Assembly: GCA_046723495.1 (NCBI GenBank)
Contig: JBKOUP010000243.1
Location: 1 to 49,223, forward strand
DNA from: Acidobacteriota bacterium
GTDB lineage: Bacteria > Acidobacteriota > Thermoanaerobaculia > Gp7-AA8
Length of the DNA: 49,223 nucleotides
Reading direction: 5' to 3'
The notes beneath the pieces were generated by a model that was not told the origin of the DNA, did no database searches, and worked only from the letters and a program-made list of their open reading frames with translations. Numbering within the stretch: position 1 is the first letter of the stretch; every line of letters begins with the position of its first letter. Shown piece after piece: positions 1 through 7,632 of this stretch. The position numbers and the translations under genes are program-made.

Positions 1-67
1 GGATGAGCGTGACCACAATGGAAACGAAGATGACGGTTGCCAGGAGATTGACCCAATCGAATTTCAT
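1..67 (-). CDS. N-terminal fragment of a small hydrophobic membrane protein running off the window edge (occupies the position of pgaD/icaD-type accessory subunits)
   Basis: ATG at 67-65 lies 12 nt downstream of the synthase stop (80-82), behind purine-rich AGGGAAAAGG. Reads MKFDWVNLLATVIFVSIVVTLI..., a TM helix. Truncated by the window edge, so absent from the ORF track. Confidence 0.35.
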   Translation of the reverse strand, partial: MKFDWVNLLATVIFVSIVVTLI

Positions 68-79
68 GACCTTTTCCCT

Positions 80-1396
80 TTAGATGCGACCTTTGCGAGC
101 GAGCTTCCCCCACGACATGTCGAGGCCGACCAGCTCTTCCAGCGTGGCGAAGACTTTCGTCACGTCGATGATGAGGATGTAGAAGAAACGGTAAAAGACG
201 GCGTAAATGGCCAGCCCCATGTCCTCGCGCTCCATCAGAATGGCGTGCACGGCGATGAGGAGGTCGAGGACGGTGAGCAGGATCCACCACATGACCAGCA
301 GCTTGGTCATGCCGTAAATGAGGGCGATCCAGACGAAGAACACGTTCGCGAAGATGTTCATCGCCGGCCACACGAGCCCTTCGAAAATCATGTACCACAA
401 TGACAGCGGCGTGGTGATGTTGACGTTCGTCCGCGTCAGCAGGTGTTTCTGCTTGCGCAATGCCTGCAGGATGCCGCGGCTCCAGCGATACCGCTGTTTG
501 ATGATGTCGAGCAGCTCCTCCGGCGCCTCGGTGTACGCAACGGCCTTCGGCTCATAATGGATCTTCCACCCGTCGGCGAGGATTTTCACGGTCATGTCGA
601 AATCCTCGGCGAACGTATCGCTGTCGTAGCCGCCCGTCGCTTCGATGGCCGCCCGGCGGAAAATGCCGATCGGCCCGGGAATGACGTTGACGCTGCGCCA
701 GAACGCCTGAGCCTTGCGGACGATGTTCAACCCCTCGATGTACTCGAGGGCCTGCAGCTTCGTCCAGATATTGTGGCGATTGATCACCTTGACGTTGCCG
801 GCCACGGCGCCGACGTGCGGGTCATTGAAGTGGCGCACGGCGTACCGCAGGGCCTCGGCGGTCAGGCGCGAGTCGCTGTCCATACAGACGATGATGGGCG
901 CCTTCGAGTGGCGGATGCCGTAGTTCAGCGTGTCGGCCTTGCCGCTGTTTTCTTTGCGGAAGACGGAGACGCGAACGCCGTAATGGTTGCCCTCGAATTC
1001 GCGCATCTTGTCGTACGTGTCGTCCGTGGAGCCGTCGTCGACGGCGATGATGTCGTAATAGGGATACCGCAGCTCCAGCAGCGACGACAGCGATGCCTGG
1101 ATGACCTCCGCTTCATTGAAGGCCGGCACGATGATGGAGACGAAGGGATATCTGTCCTGTACCGGCTCCTGGGCCAGCTCGCGCTGGTGCAGGTAGCTGA
1201 ACCAGGTCAGGATGAAATGCCGCAGCACGAGCAGCAGCAGGAACGAGGCGAGGGTGATGACCAGGGCCGTCATGAAAATCGGCCCGAGCTTCTGCGGGTA
1301 TTTGAAGAGGAAGACCGTCGCCGTCACCGCCAGAGCGATGATGGCCACGGAAATGACGAGTTGCGTGATCGGCCGTAAGGGCTTTTTCGGTTCCAT
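80..1396 (-). CDS. Processive family-2 glycosyltransferase, PgaC/IcaA-like exopolysaccharide synthase
   Basis: 438 aa. GT2 hallmarks IIVPAFNEAEVI, DDGSTDDT and DSDS, plus the QRYRWSRG (QxxRW) processive-synthase motif. TM helices at both ends. Size matches PgaC. ATG at 1396-1394 overlaps the upstream stop (TAATG). Confidence 0.85.
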   Translation of the reverse strand: MEPKKPLRPITQLVISVAIIALAVTATVFLFKYPQKLGPIFMTALVITLASFLLLLVLRHFILTWFSYLHQRELAQEPVQDRYPFVSIIVPAFNEAEVIQASLSSLLELRYPYYDIIAVDDGSTDDTYDKMREFEGNHYGVRVSVFRKENSGKADTLNYGIRHSKAPIIVCMDSDSRLTAEALRYAVRHFNDPHVGAVAGNVKVINRHNIWTKLQALEYIEGLNIVRKAQAFWRSVNVIPGPIGIFRRAAIEATGGYDSDTFAEDFDMTVKILADGWKIHYEPKAVAYTEAPEELLDIIKQRYRWSRGILQALRKQKHLLTRTNVNITTPLSLWYMIFEGLVWPAMNIFANVFFVWIALIYGMTKLLVMWWILLTVLDLLIAVHAILMEREDMGLAIYAVFYRFFYILIIDVTKVFATLEELVGLDMSWGKLARKGRI

Positions 1397-3882
1397 TAGT
1401 GGGTCTCCCCGAGCGGAGGAATGACGGGCGAGCCGGCGAGCGGCTGGCTGTCGTAGTAATAGGGATTGCGGGGCGTGCGCTCGCCGCGTCCGAAGAGCCG
1501 GTTGACGCGAACGCCGACGTACCAGTGGCGTTGCCAGTAATTCACGAAATCGGCGGCGGAAGCGTTGAACGGCGACAGCGACTGCAGCCGCCCGCTCTTG
1601 CCGTAGCCATAATTGCCGACGACGTCGAAAAGATTGCCGACCGGCACGGAGACCGTGCCCTCATACGCGCGCAAATCGGACGAGAACGAGCTCTCGTACG
1701 CCCGTCCGGCTTTCACTTCGACATTCCAGATGAGGCGGTTGCGGAGGTTTTGGCCGACCTGCACGACGCCGGCGAGCGAGCGGTAATCGTTCGGCGACCA
1801 ATAGCGGTTCGTGCGGAAGTCGTAGCGCAGATAGCGGCCGTCGACTTTGAAGGCCAGGAACGGCGACTTCAGGACGCGGAAGGAGACGAGCCCGTGCGCG
1901 GCCGCGCGGCGGTTGCTGTCGGAGATGAAGCCGTACGAGGCGTCGCCGAGCCAGGCCAAGAATCCGCCGCTGCTGTAGTCGTAATGAGCGCGGGTGTCAT
2001 TGATGGAGATCGGATCGTGGAGGCTCAATTGGGAGCCGCCCGCCGGAAGCGCCAACGACGACAACGTGAAAACGTCGTAGACGAGGTCGTAATGATTGAA
2101 ATCGAGGGCGGCCCGGCTTTGCAGGTTCGGCAGCCACTCCGCGCCGACGCCGAAGAACGGGCGCGTGCCGAGGCCGTTGTCGTAGAAATTCGCGCCGAGG
2201 CGGCCGCGGACGAGGGAGCGGTCATTCCAGCGGTACGTTGCGCCGCCGCTGAAGACGTTCGCATAGACGCTGTCGCCGAAGTGGTCGAATTCGTGGCGGC
2301 CGACGGCGAGGTCGAAGGCGGTGGTCTGGCTGGTCCATTTCTCGGCGGTCAGATCCATCCGCTTGAACGTGAAATCGTCGGAATCGGTCGCGTACGTATA
2401 CCGGCCCTCGGCGTCGGAACTCGGGCGCAAATGCCGCGATAAATCGAGCTCCTGCCGCGCCGGCATGTATCCGGCGTCGAGGGCGAGGGCCTGGTTCTGC
2501 GCGGCTACGGCGTGGTCGTTCCAGCCGTACCAGCGGTAAATCTGTCCGATGTTGTAATACGCCTGCGGCGGGACGTCCTGATAGAGCTCGGCGCGCGGAT
2601 TGCCGGAGAGATTCGTGACCGCCCGGAACGTGTGCATGGCGTTGCCGAAGTCGGCGTCGTACGACTGCACCTGGCCGTATTCGAAGCGCAGGTCGGCCCG
2701 GTCGGGATACTGCTGCAGCAGCCGCTCGTACTGCCGTTCCGAATCGACCCAGCGCCGGTCCCAGCTCAGGACGCGCGCGTATTGAATGCGCGCGTCGGTG
2801 TCGTTCGGACGCAGGCGGAGATAGCGGTCATAGAGCTTGATGGCGGTGTTGTAGTCCTCGACGGCCGTGTAGGCCTTGGCGAGGGAGAGGATCTCGTCGG
2901 GATTCCGCGCCGAGGAGGCCATCGAGGCCTGCGCGTCGAGGGCCTTGCGCCGCTGCTCGAGCTGCGCGATTTCGGCGTTTCGCTTCTCTTGTGCCGAGCG
3001 CTCCAGCTCGTCGAGCCCTTCGATTTTCTGCGACGTGTGGTCGCGGACGAAGCGGATCGTGTCGAGCGCTGCGGCATAGCGGCCGGCCTCGTACTGCAAG
3101 CGCGCTTTCTCGACCTGCAAAGCCAGGTTGTACGGCTGCAGGGCGATGGCCTTATTGACGCGCTCCAGGCGGAGATCGGGCGACGAGGCGAGCTGTGCGG
3201 AGAGCTGCCGGGCCTGCGGGGAATCCGGATTCGTCTGCAGGAAATCATTGAGCAGGCGGATGGCGCCCTCGCGATCGCCGCTCCAGGCCTTGGCGTTCGC
3301 CAGGGCGATGGCGGCGTCCTCGCTGTGCGTGCTGTTGTACACGTCCGCGAGGCGGTCGACGGCCGCGTGCGACGCGCCCATCCACGACAGCACGCGTCCG
3401 TATTCGAGCTGCACGGCCGGGTCGGGCTGCTCTTTGAGGAGCTGCGCATAGAGGCGCTCGGAGGGATCGAGCTGCCCCGACCAGGCCAGGGCTCGGGCAT
3501 CGCGCAGGCGCTCGTCGCGCGTCATCAGCGAGGCGGGCATGTTCGCGTAAATGTCGGCGGCGGCCCCGTAGCTGCCGGCGTCGAAGTAGGCGTCGGCGAG
3601 GGCGAGGCGGTCGGCATCGCGGCCCGATTTCGCCTGGGCCTGCGCATCCGCGACCTTCCGGTCATTGAGCGCTTTCAGCTGCCGCGCGGCATCGTCGCGA
3701 ATGGTTTTGGCGGCCGCGTCATTGGGATCGGCGGCCAACGCCTGCTCGGCGATTTTCTGGGCCTCGTAATAGCGCCCGCTTTGCATGTACTGGCGGGCCA
3801 GATCGAGTTGATTGGTGGTTTGTGCAAGGACGCTTGCCGCACAGAGAACGATGGCGGCGACAGCAGCGTTGAGTGGCCTCAT
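1396..3882 (-). CDS. TPR-repeat / C-terminal beta-barrel outer-membrane exopolysaccharide export porin (PgaA/BcsC-like)
   Basis: 828 aa. Signal peptide MRPLNAAVAAIVLCAASVLAQ. The N-terminal half is TPR-like helical repeats. The C-terminal ~350 aa is rich in alternating aromatic/Gly/Asp beta-strand patterns. Stop-start coupled to the GT2 synthase. Confidence 0.7.
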   Translation of the reverse strand: MRPLNAAVAAIVLCAASVLAQTTNQLDLARQYMQSGRYYEAQKIAEQALAADPNDAAAKTIRDDAARQLKALNDRKVADAQAQAKSGRDADRLALADAYFDAGSYGAAADIYANMPASLMTRDERLRDARALAWSGQLDPSERLYAQLLKEQPDPAVQLEYGRVLSWMGASHAAVDRLADVYNSTHSEDAAIALANAKAWSGDREGAIRLLNDFLQTNPDSPQARQLSAQLASSPDLRLERVNKAIALQPYNLALQVEKARLQYEAGRYAAALDTIRFVRDHTSQKIEGLDELERSAQEKRNAEIAQLEQRRKALDAQASMASSARNPDEILSLAKAYTAVEDYNTAIKLYDRYLRLRPNDTDARIQYARVLSWDRRWVDSERQYERLLQQYPDRADLRFEYGQVQSYDADFGNAMHTFRAVTNLSGNPRAELYQDVPPQAYYNIGQIYRWYGWNDHAVAAQNQALALDAGYMPARQELDLSRHLRPSSDAEGRYTYATDSDDFTFKRMDLTAEKWTSQTTAFDLAVGRHEFDHFGDSVYANVFSGGATYRWNDRSLVRGRLGANFYDNGLGTRPFFGVGAEWLPNLQSRAALDFNHYDLVYDVFTLSSLALPAGGSQLSLHDPISINDTRAHYDYSSGGFLAWLGDASYGFISDSNRRAAAHGLVSFRVLKSPFLAFKVDGRYLRYDFRTNRYWSPNDYRSLAGVVQVGQNLRNRLIWNVEVKAGRAYESSFSSDLRAYEGTVSVPVGNLFDVVGNYGYGKSGRLQSLSPFNASAADFVNYWQRHWYVGVRVNRLFGRGERTPRNPYYYDSQPLAGSPVIPPLGETH

Positions 3883-3971
3883 GGCGACCCTTCCGTGAGA
3901 CAGCGTGAATTTTGTAGTGAGAACTGCTTACTGCTACCGCGTCTTCGCCGCTGTGCAACAGGTATTCCAGC

Positions 3972-4829
3972 TCAGCGCTGTACTGCTGACGACGTCTTCT
4001 GTTGCGGTGCCGGCGCGCAGCCGTTGTAATCGCGGCGGAAAATGACGGCGATGTGGTCGCCGACGCCGCGCTCGACGCCGTCGCTGGGCCGATTGACGAT
4101 GTGGTCGCCGACCCACATGGCCGCGGAGCCGCCGCCGTCGACGTTCATTGCCGAGCAGACGTTGAGCTTGCCGGCCATGAAGGCCGCCAATTCCGCCAGG
4201 GTCAGGCCGGGAACGCCGGTGCGCCGGCCGTCGGCCACGACGAAATAGAGCAGCGTCCCGTCATTGGAGACGCCGATGGCCGTGCGCGGATGGGGAGCGC
4301 GGGTGAAGGCGTCGCTGCCGGGGAGCTCGCTCGGACCGAGGGCCTTGCATTCGGCCACAATGAACGGCCAGCCGGAGATGGCCGCGTCGACCGGCTCGGC
4401 GGCCGGCTCATCGCCGAGCTCGGCGCGCCGGCGCAGAACGCCCCGCTGATTGGCGATCTGCAGGACGATCTCGCGCTTCATGTCCTTCGTGCCCGTCCAC
4501 GGACCGCACGGACCGATAGTGAAGCCGACGGGGTTGAAGTGGTCGTCGAAATAGTCGCCGTTGACGGCGGCGATGGCGTTCACTCGTTTCGCATAGTCGC
4601 TGACTTTGAGCCCTTTGTCACTCTCCTGGGAGACGACGACGCGGATCTGGTCGCTGGCGACGTTGATGCGCGTAACGTAGATGTCGTAGTTATCGCCGCG
4701 GAACTCCTGGTAGTCGACGCCGGGCGCGACGCTGCGCCAGTCCGCGCGCGCGATGGACGCAAGAAGCACCGCGACAAGAAAGAGGCGTCGAACCGTCATG
4801 GCCCGGCGGAGTTTCAATCCCTTTGCCAT
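3972..4829 (-). CDS. Secreted phosphodiester glycosidase family protein (NAGPA / DUF2233-like)
   Basis: Motifs AAVNGDYFD, PRTAIGVSNDGTLLYFVVADGR and GLTLAELAAFM...MNVDGGGSAAMW are typical of the family. Signal-like MTVRRLFLVAVLLASIARA. In-frame ATGs at 4868, 4829 and 4799, so the start is uncertain. Confidence 0.8.
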   Translation of the reverse strand: MAKGLKLRRAMTVRRLFLVAVLLASIARADWRSVAPGVDYQEFRGDNYDIYVTRINVASDQIRVVVSQESDKGLKVSDYAKRVNAIAAVNGDYFDDHFNPVGFTIGPCGPWTGTKDMKREIVLQIANQRGVLRRRAELGDEPAAEPVDAAISGWPFIVAECKALGPSELPGSDAFTRAPHPRTAIGVSNDGTLLYFVVADGRRTGVPGLTLAELAAFMAGKLNVCSAMNVDGGGSAAMWVGDHIVNRPSDGVERGVGDHIAVIFRRDYNGCAPAPQQKTSSAVQR

Positions 4830-4846
4830 CGCCCGTGGCACCTCGA

Positions 4847-5929
4847 ATGCAGACAATGCCCGACCCATTTCAGCCCACCCGCTTCACCAAATGGAATCCC
4901 GACGGAACGGGCGGCGCGCGCCGCGCGGAGAAAAGCGGCCCGAAAGCGACGCGCACGCAGTCGGCCGTGGAGATCGGACTGTTCGTCCTTTTCGGCGTGC
5001 TCGTCGTTCTCGCCGCGATCGCCCTTTATACGAGCAATTCCAAGGCGTACAAGGAAGTGCCGAACTCGGTCGAGGCCGGCCTGCGCCAAGACCGCGTCAA
5101 CGTCGTGGTCTTCGGCATCGGCGGCGAGAATCATCCGAGCCACGACGAGCTCGCCGACTCGATCCTCCTCGTGTCGCTCAAGCCGTCGACGAAACAAATC
5201 GCCGTCGTCTCCGTTCCCCGCGATCTCTGGGTACGCATCGGCCCTTATGGCTCGCACCGCATCAATTACACGCACGAGGTCGGCAATCACAGCGGCTATC
5301 CCGGCGCCGGGCCCGGTCTCCTATGCGACACGATCGCGCGCGTTTTCGCGCAGCCGGTGCACGCGTTCGTGCGCGTCGACTTCGCCGCGTTCGAGACGCT
5401 GATCGACGACGTCGGCGGCGTCGACGTCTACTGCGAGCGCGGCTTTTACGATTTCCTCTTCCACGACGGTTTCTCGCGCGGCTGGCATCATCTCGACGGC
5501 AAACGCGCCCTCGCCTATGCCCGCTACCGCTACATCGTCGGTCCCGAGGGCGACAATTTCGCGCGCGAGCTGCGGCAGCAGCAGGTCGTCAGCGCGCTGC
5601 GCGAAAAAATGCAGCGCCTGAGCGCGCAGAATGCGTTGACCATCCTCCGGGCGGTCGGCACCTTGTCGGGCCACACCGAGACGAACATCACCACGGGCCA
5701 GATGCTGACGCTCTATCGGCTCTTCCACGACGTGAACGCGAAGAACGTTCGCCACGTCTCCCTCAAGCCGTTGACCGAGGTTTTCGAGGTCCGGCGGCTG
5801 GCCGAGCCCGGCGAAGCCGTGCGCGTCCCCAACGACGATTATTCGGCGCTGCGCAATCTCGAGGCGAACATCTTCCGCAGCGAAAAACAGATCTCCACGC
5901 CCGACGCCATCCGTATCGCCGGTCAATAG
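4847..5929 (+). CDS. LCP (LytR-CpsA-Psr) family glycopolymer phosphotransferase, N-terminal TM anchor
   Basis: TM VEIGLFVLFGVLVVLAAIALY. LCP blocks ADSILLVSLKPSTKQIAVVSVPRDLWV, FETLIDDVGGVDV and GKRALAYARYRY. The ORF opens at TTG 4823; ATGs lie at 4847 and 4856. Confidence 0.8.
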   Translation: MQTMPDPFQPTRFTKWNPDGTGGARRAEKSGPKATRTQSAVEIGLFVLFGVLVVLAAIALYTSNSKAYKEVPNSVEAGLRQDRVNVVVFGIGGENHPSHDELADSILLVSLKPSTKQIAVVSVPRDLWVRIGPYGSHRINYTHEVGNHSGYPGAGPGLLCDTIARVFAQPVHAFVRVDFAAFETLIDDVGGVDVYCERGFYDFLFHDGFSRGWHHLDGKRALAYARYRYIVGPEGDNFARELRQQQVVSALREKMQRLSAQNALTILRAVGTLSGHTETNITTGQMLTLYRLFHDVNAKNVRHVSLKPLTEVFEVRRLAEPGEAVRVPNDDYSALRNLEANIFRSEKQISTPDAIRIAGQ

Positions 5930-5989
5930 CTCTGGAATGTTCATTGCTTACACCGGGCTCCCGGAACTTCATTGAGAGCAGAGGACCCT

Positions 5990-7621
5990 ATGAACACATC
6001 GTCGGAAAAGACCGACAAGCCCCTCCCCCTTCAGCCGCCGGTTCAGGAAATCGCCGGCACGTCCAAGCAGCCCACTGCCGAGCGCATCATCAGCGGCATC
6101 GACCTTCTCGACTACGGCGCCGGCGGCCTGCTGCCGCATAAGGTTTACGTCGTCAAAGGCGGCGCAGGCGTCGGCAAGACCATCCTCGGCCTCCAGTACC
6201 TGACGCGCGGTCTGGAGCTGCAGGAGCCGGGCATCCTCATCACCGACCAGAGGCCGGCGAACATCGTGGCCCAGGCCCACGCCATCGGCTTCGCCATCGA
6301 GGCCGCGGTCAAACGCGGCCAGCTGGCCATCCTCAATCCGAGCCAGCGCTATTTCGACCTCGTCGAGAGCCCGGCGGACATCCTGGCCATCGTCGAAGAG
6401 CTCGCCGACTACATCCGGAAAGCGGGCGCGCGCCGCCTGGTCATCGATCCGGTCTACACGCTCATCAATACGTCGTATTCGGCGCACTTCGCGCTGTCGA
6501 TCACGCAGTCGCTGATCAACGCCCTCGAGGATCTGCCGGTGACGACGCTGCTCGTTGCCGGCGACGAGAACGACGCGGAGCTGAACCCGATCATCCGCCA
6601 GCTCGAGCACAACGCCTTCGGCGTCATCGACCTCGCTCACGACCCGGCCACGAACGGCCGCCTGATGCGGCTGGCCAAGCTGCGCTACGCCGACCACACG
6701 AACCTCGCCGCGAACTACCGCATCCTCAACGGCCGCGGCCTGATCAACTACCAGAGCGACGGCGCGCTGGTCGCGGACGTCACGCAGCCGTGGGAAGGGA
6801 CGGCCACGCGCTCGGTGCTGCTCATCGGCGCGCCGCCCGACATCGTCATCCGCGTGACCGAGGCCCTCGGCAACGACTACGACGTCCGCGCCGAGGCCGA
6901 CCTCAAGGAGGGCGTGCAGCGCGCCAAGCGCGAAAAGCCCGGCCTCGTCCTCATCACCCCGTCGCGCAGCCTCGGCGCGATCAGCGCGATTCTCGATCTG
7001 GCCCGCGAGTCGACGTCGTCGCTGGCGTTCCTGTCGCCGGCCGCGAACCGCCAGGCCGACAAGGTGCTCTACCTCCGCGCCGGCGCCGACGACTTCATCA
7101 CCCAGCCGTTCACGCCCGCGGAGCTGCGCGCGCGCGTCGACGCCCTGATCCGCCGCAGCGGGCGCCGCCTCACCTTCCGCGACAGCCGCATCGGCCACGT
7201 CACCGCCGAGGAGCTGGCCTCGCTGATGAACGAGGGCGAGACCGCGCCGTCGTCGCGAAAGGGTCCGATCATCGAGGCCAACGGCAGCGACGTGAGGTTC
7301 CACCCGGAGTTCGACGAGCGCCTGCGCCGCAACGTCGACACGGTGGCGAAGTTCGATCAGCCCTTCGCGGTCTACTGGATCAAGGCCGACGAGGAGAACG
7401 CGGAGCTGAATCAATCGCTCGCGCAGCTCTGCCGGCAGGAGGACATCGTCTGCCACAACCGCGGCGGCGAGTTCGTCTGCATTCTCACCGGCACGGACCA
7501 GAGCGGGGTGAAGGGCTTCGAGTCGCGCCTCAGCGCACGCCTCGGCGACCGCTTGCAGCCGGAGCGCGTGCGGCAGGGGTACAAGTTGTATCCGGAGGGG
7601 ACGGCGGGCGCCTCGGTATAA
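5990..7621 (+). CDS. KaiC/RecA-like ATPase fused to a pseudo-receiver domain and a degenerate GGDEF-like domain
   Basis: ATG 5990 sits behind GAGGA (5981-5985). Walker A GGAGVGKT and Walker B RRLVIDP. The REC-like region (VLLIGAPPD...GLVLITPS...GADDFITQPF) has Thr in place of the phospho-acceptor Asp and Gln in place of the conserved Lys. The C-terminus carries NRGGEFVCIL instead of GG[DE]EF. Confidence 0.7.
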   Translation: MNTSSEKTDKPLPLQPPVQEIAGTSKQPTAERIISGIDLLDYGAGGLLPHKVYVVKGGAGVGKTILGLQYLTRGLELQEPGILITDQRPANIVAQAHAIGFAIEAAVKRGQLAILNPSQRYFDLVESPADILAIVEELADYIRKAGARRLVIDPVYTLINTSYSAHFALSITQSLINALEDLPVTTLLVAGDENDAELNPIIRQLEHNAFGVIDLAHDPATNGRLMRLAKLRYADHTNLAANYRILNGRGLINYQSDGALVADVTQPWEGTATRSVLLIGAPPDIVIRVTEALGNDYDVRAEADLKEGVQRAKREKPGLVLITPSRSLGAISAILDLARESTSSLAFLSPAANRQADKVLYLRAGADDFITQPFTPAELRARVDALIRRSGRRLTFRDSRIGHVTAEELASLMNEGETAPSSRKGPIIEANGSDVRFHPEFDERLRRNVDTVAKFDQPFAVYWIKADEENAELNQSLAQLCRQEDIVCHNRGGEFVCILTGTDQSGVKGFESRLSARLGDRLQPERVRQGYKLYPEGTAGASV

Positions 7622-7632
7622 TCCCGCGCCCG

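Noticed and set aside
80-3882. Confident naming of the polymer as PNAG and of the genes as pgaC/pgaA.
   Set aside because: Motifs support a processive GT2 and a TPR-barrel porin, but substrate specificity cannot be read from the sequence by eye. I therefore left the gene symbols blank and kept the call at the family level.
5990-7621. KaiC-like gene considered as part of a circadian kaiABC oscillator.
   Set aside because: It has a single ATPase domain rather than the duplicated CI/CII domains. There are no kaiA/kaiB neighbours, and it is fused to signalling domains. Only the fold family is shared.
6790-7632. N-terminal 281-aa extension of the tldD ORF given in the track (ORF 6790-9375).
   Set aside because: The extension is Arg/Pro-rich nonsense and lies entirely inside the KaiC-like gene in another frame. 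TldD similarity starts at the ATG at 7633, 12 nt after the upstream stop.
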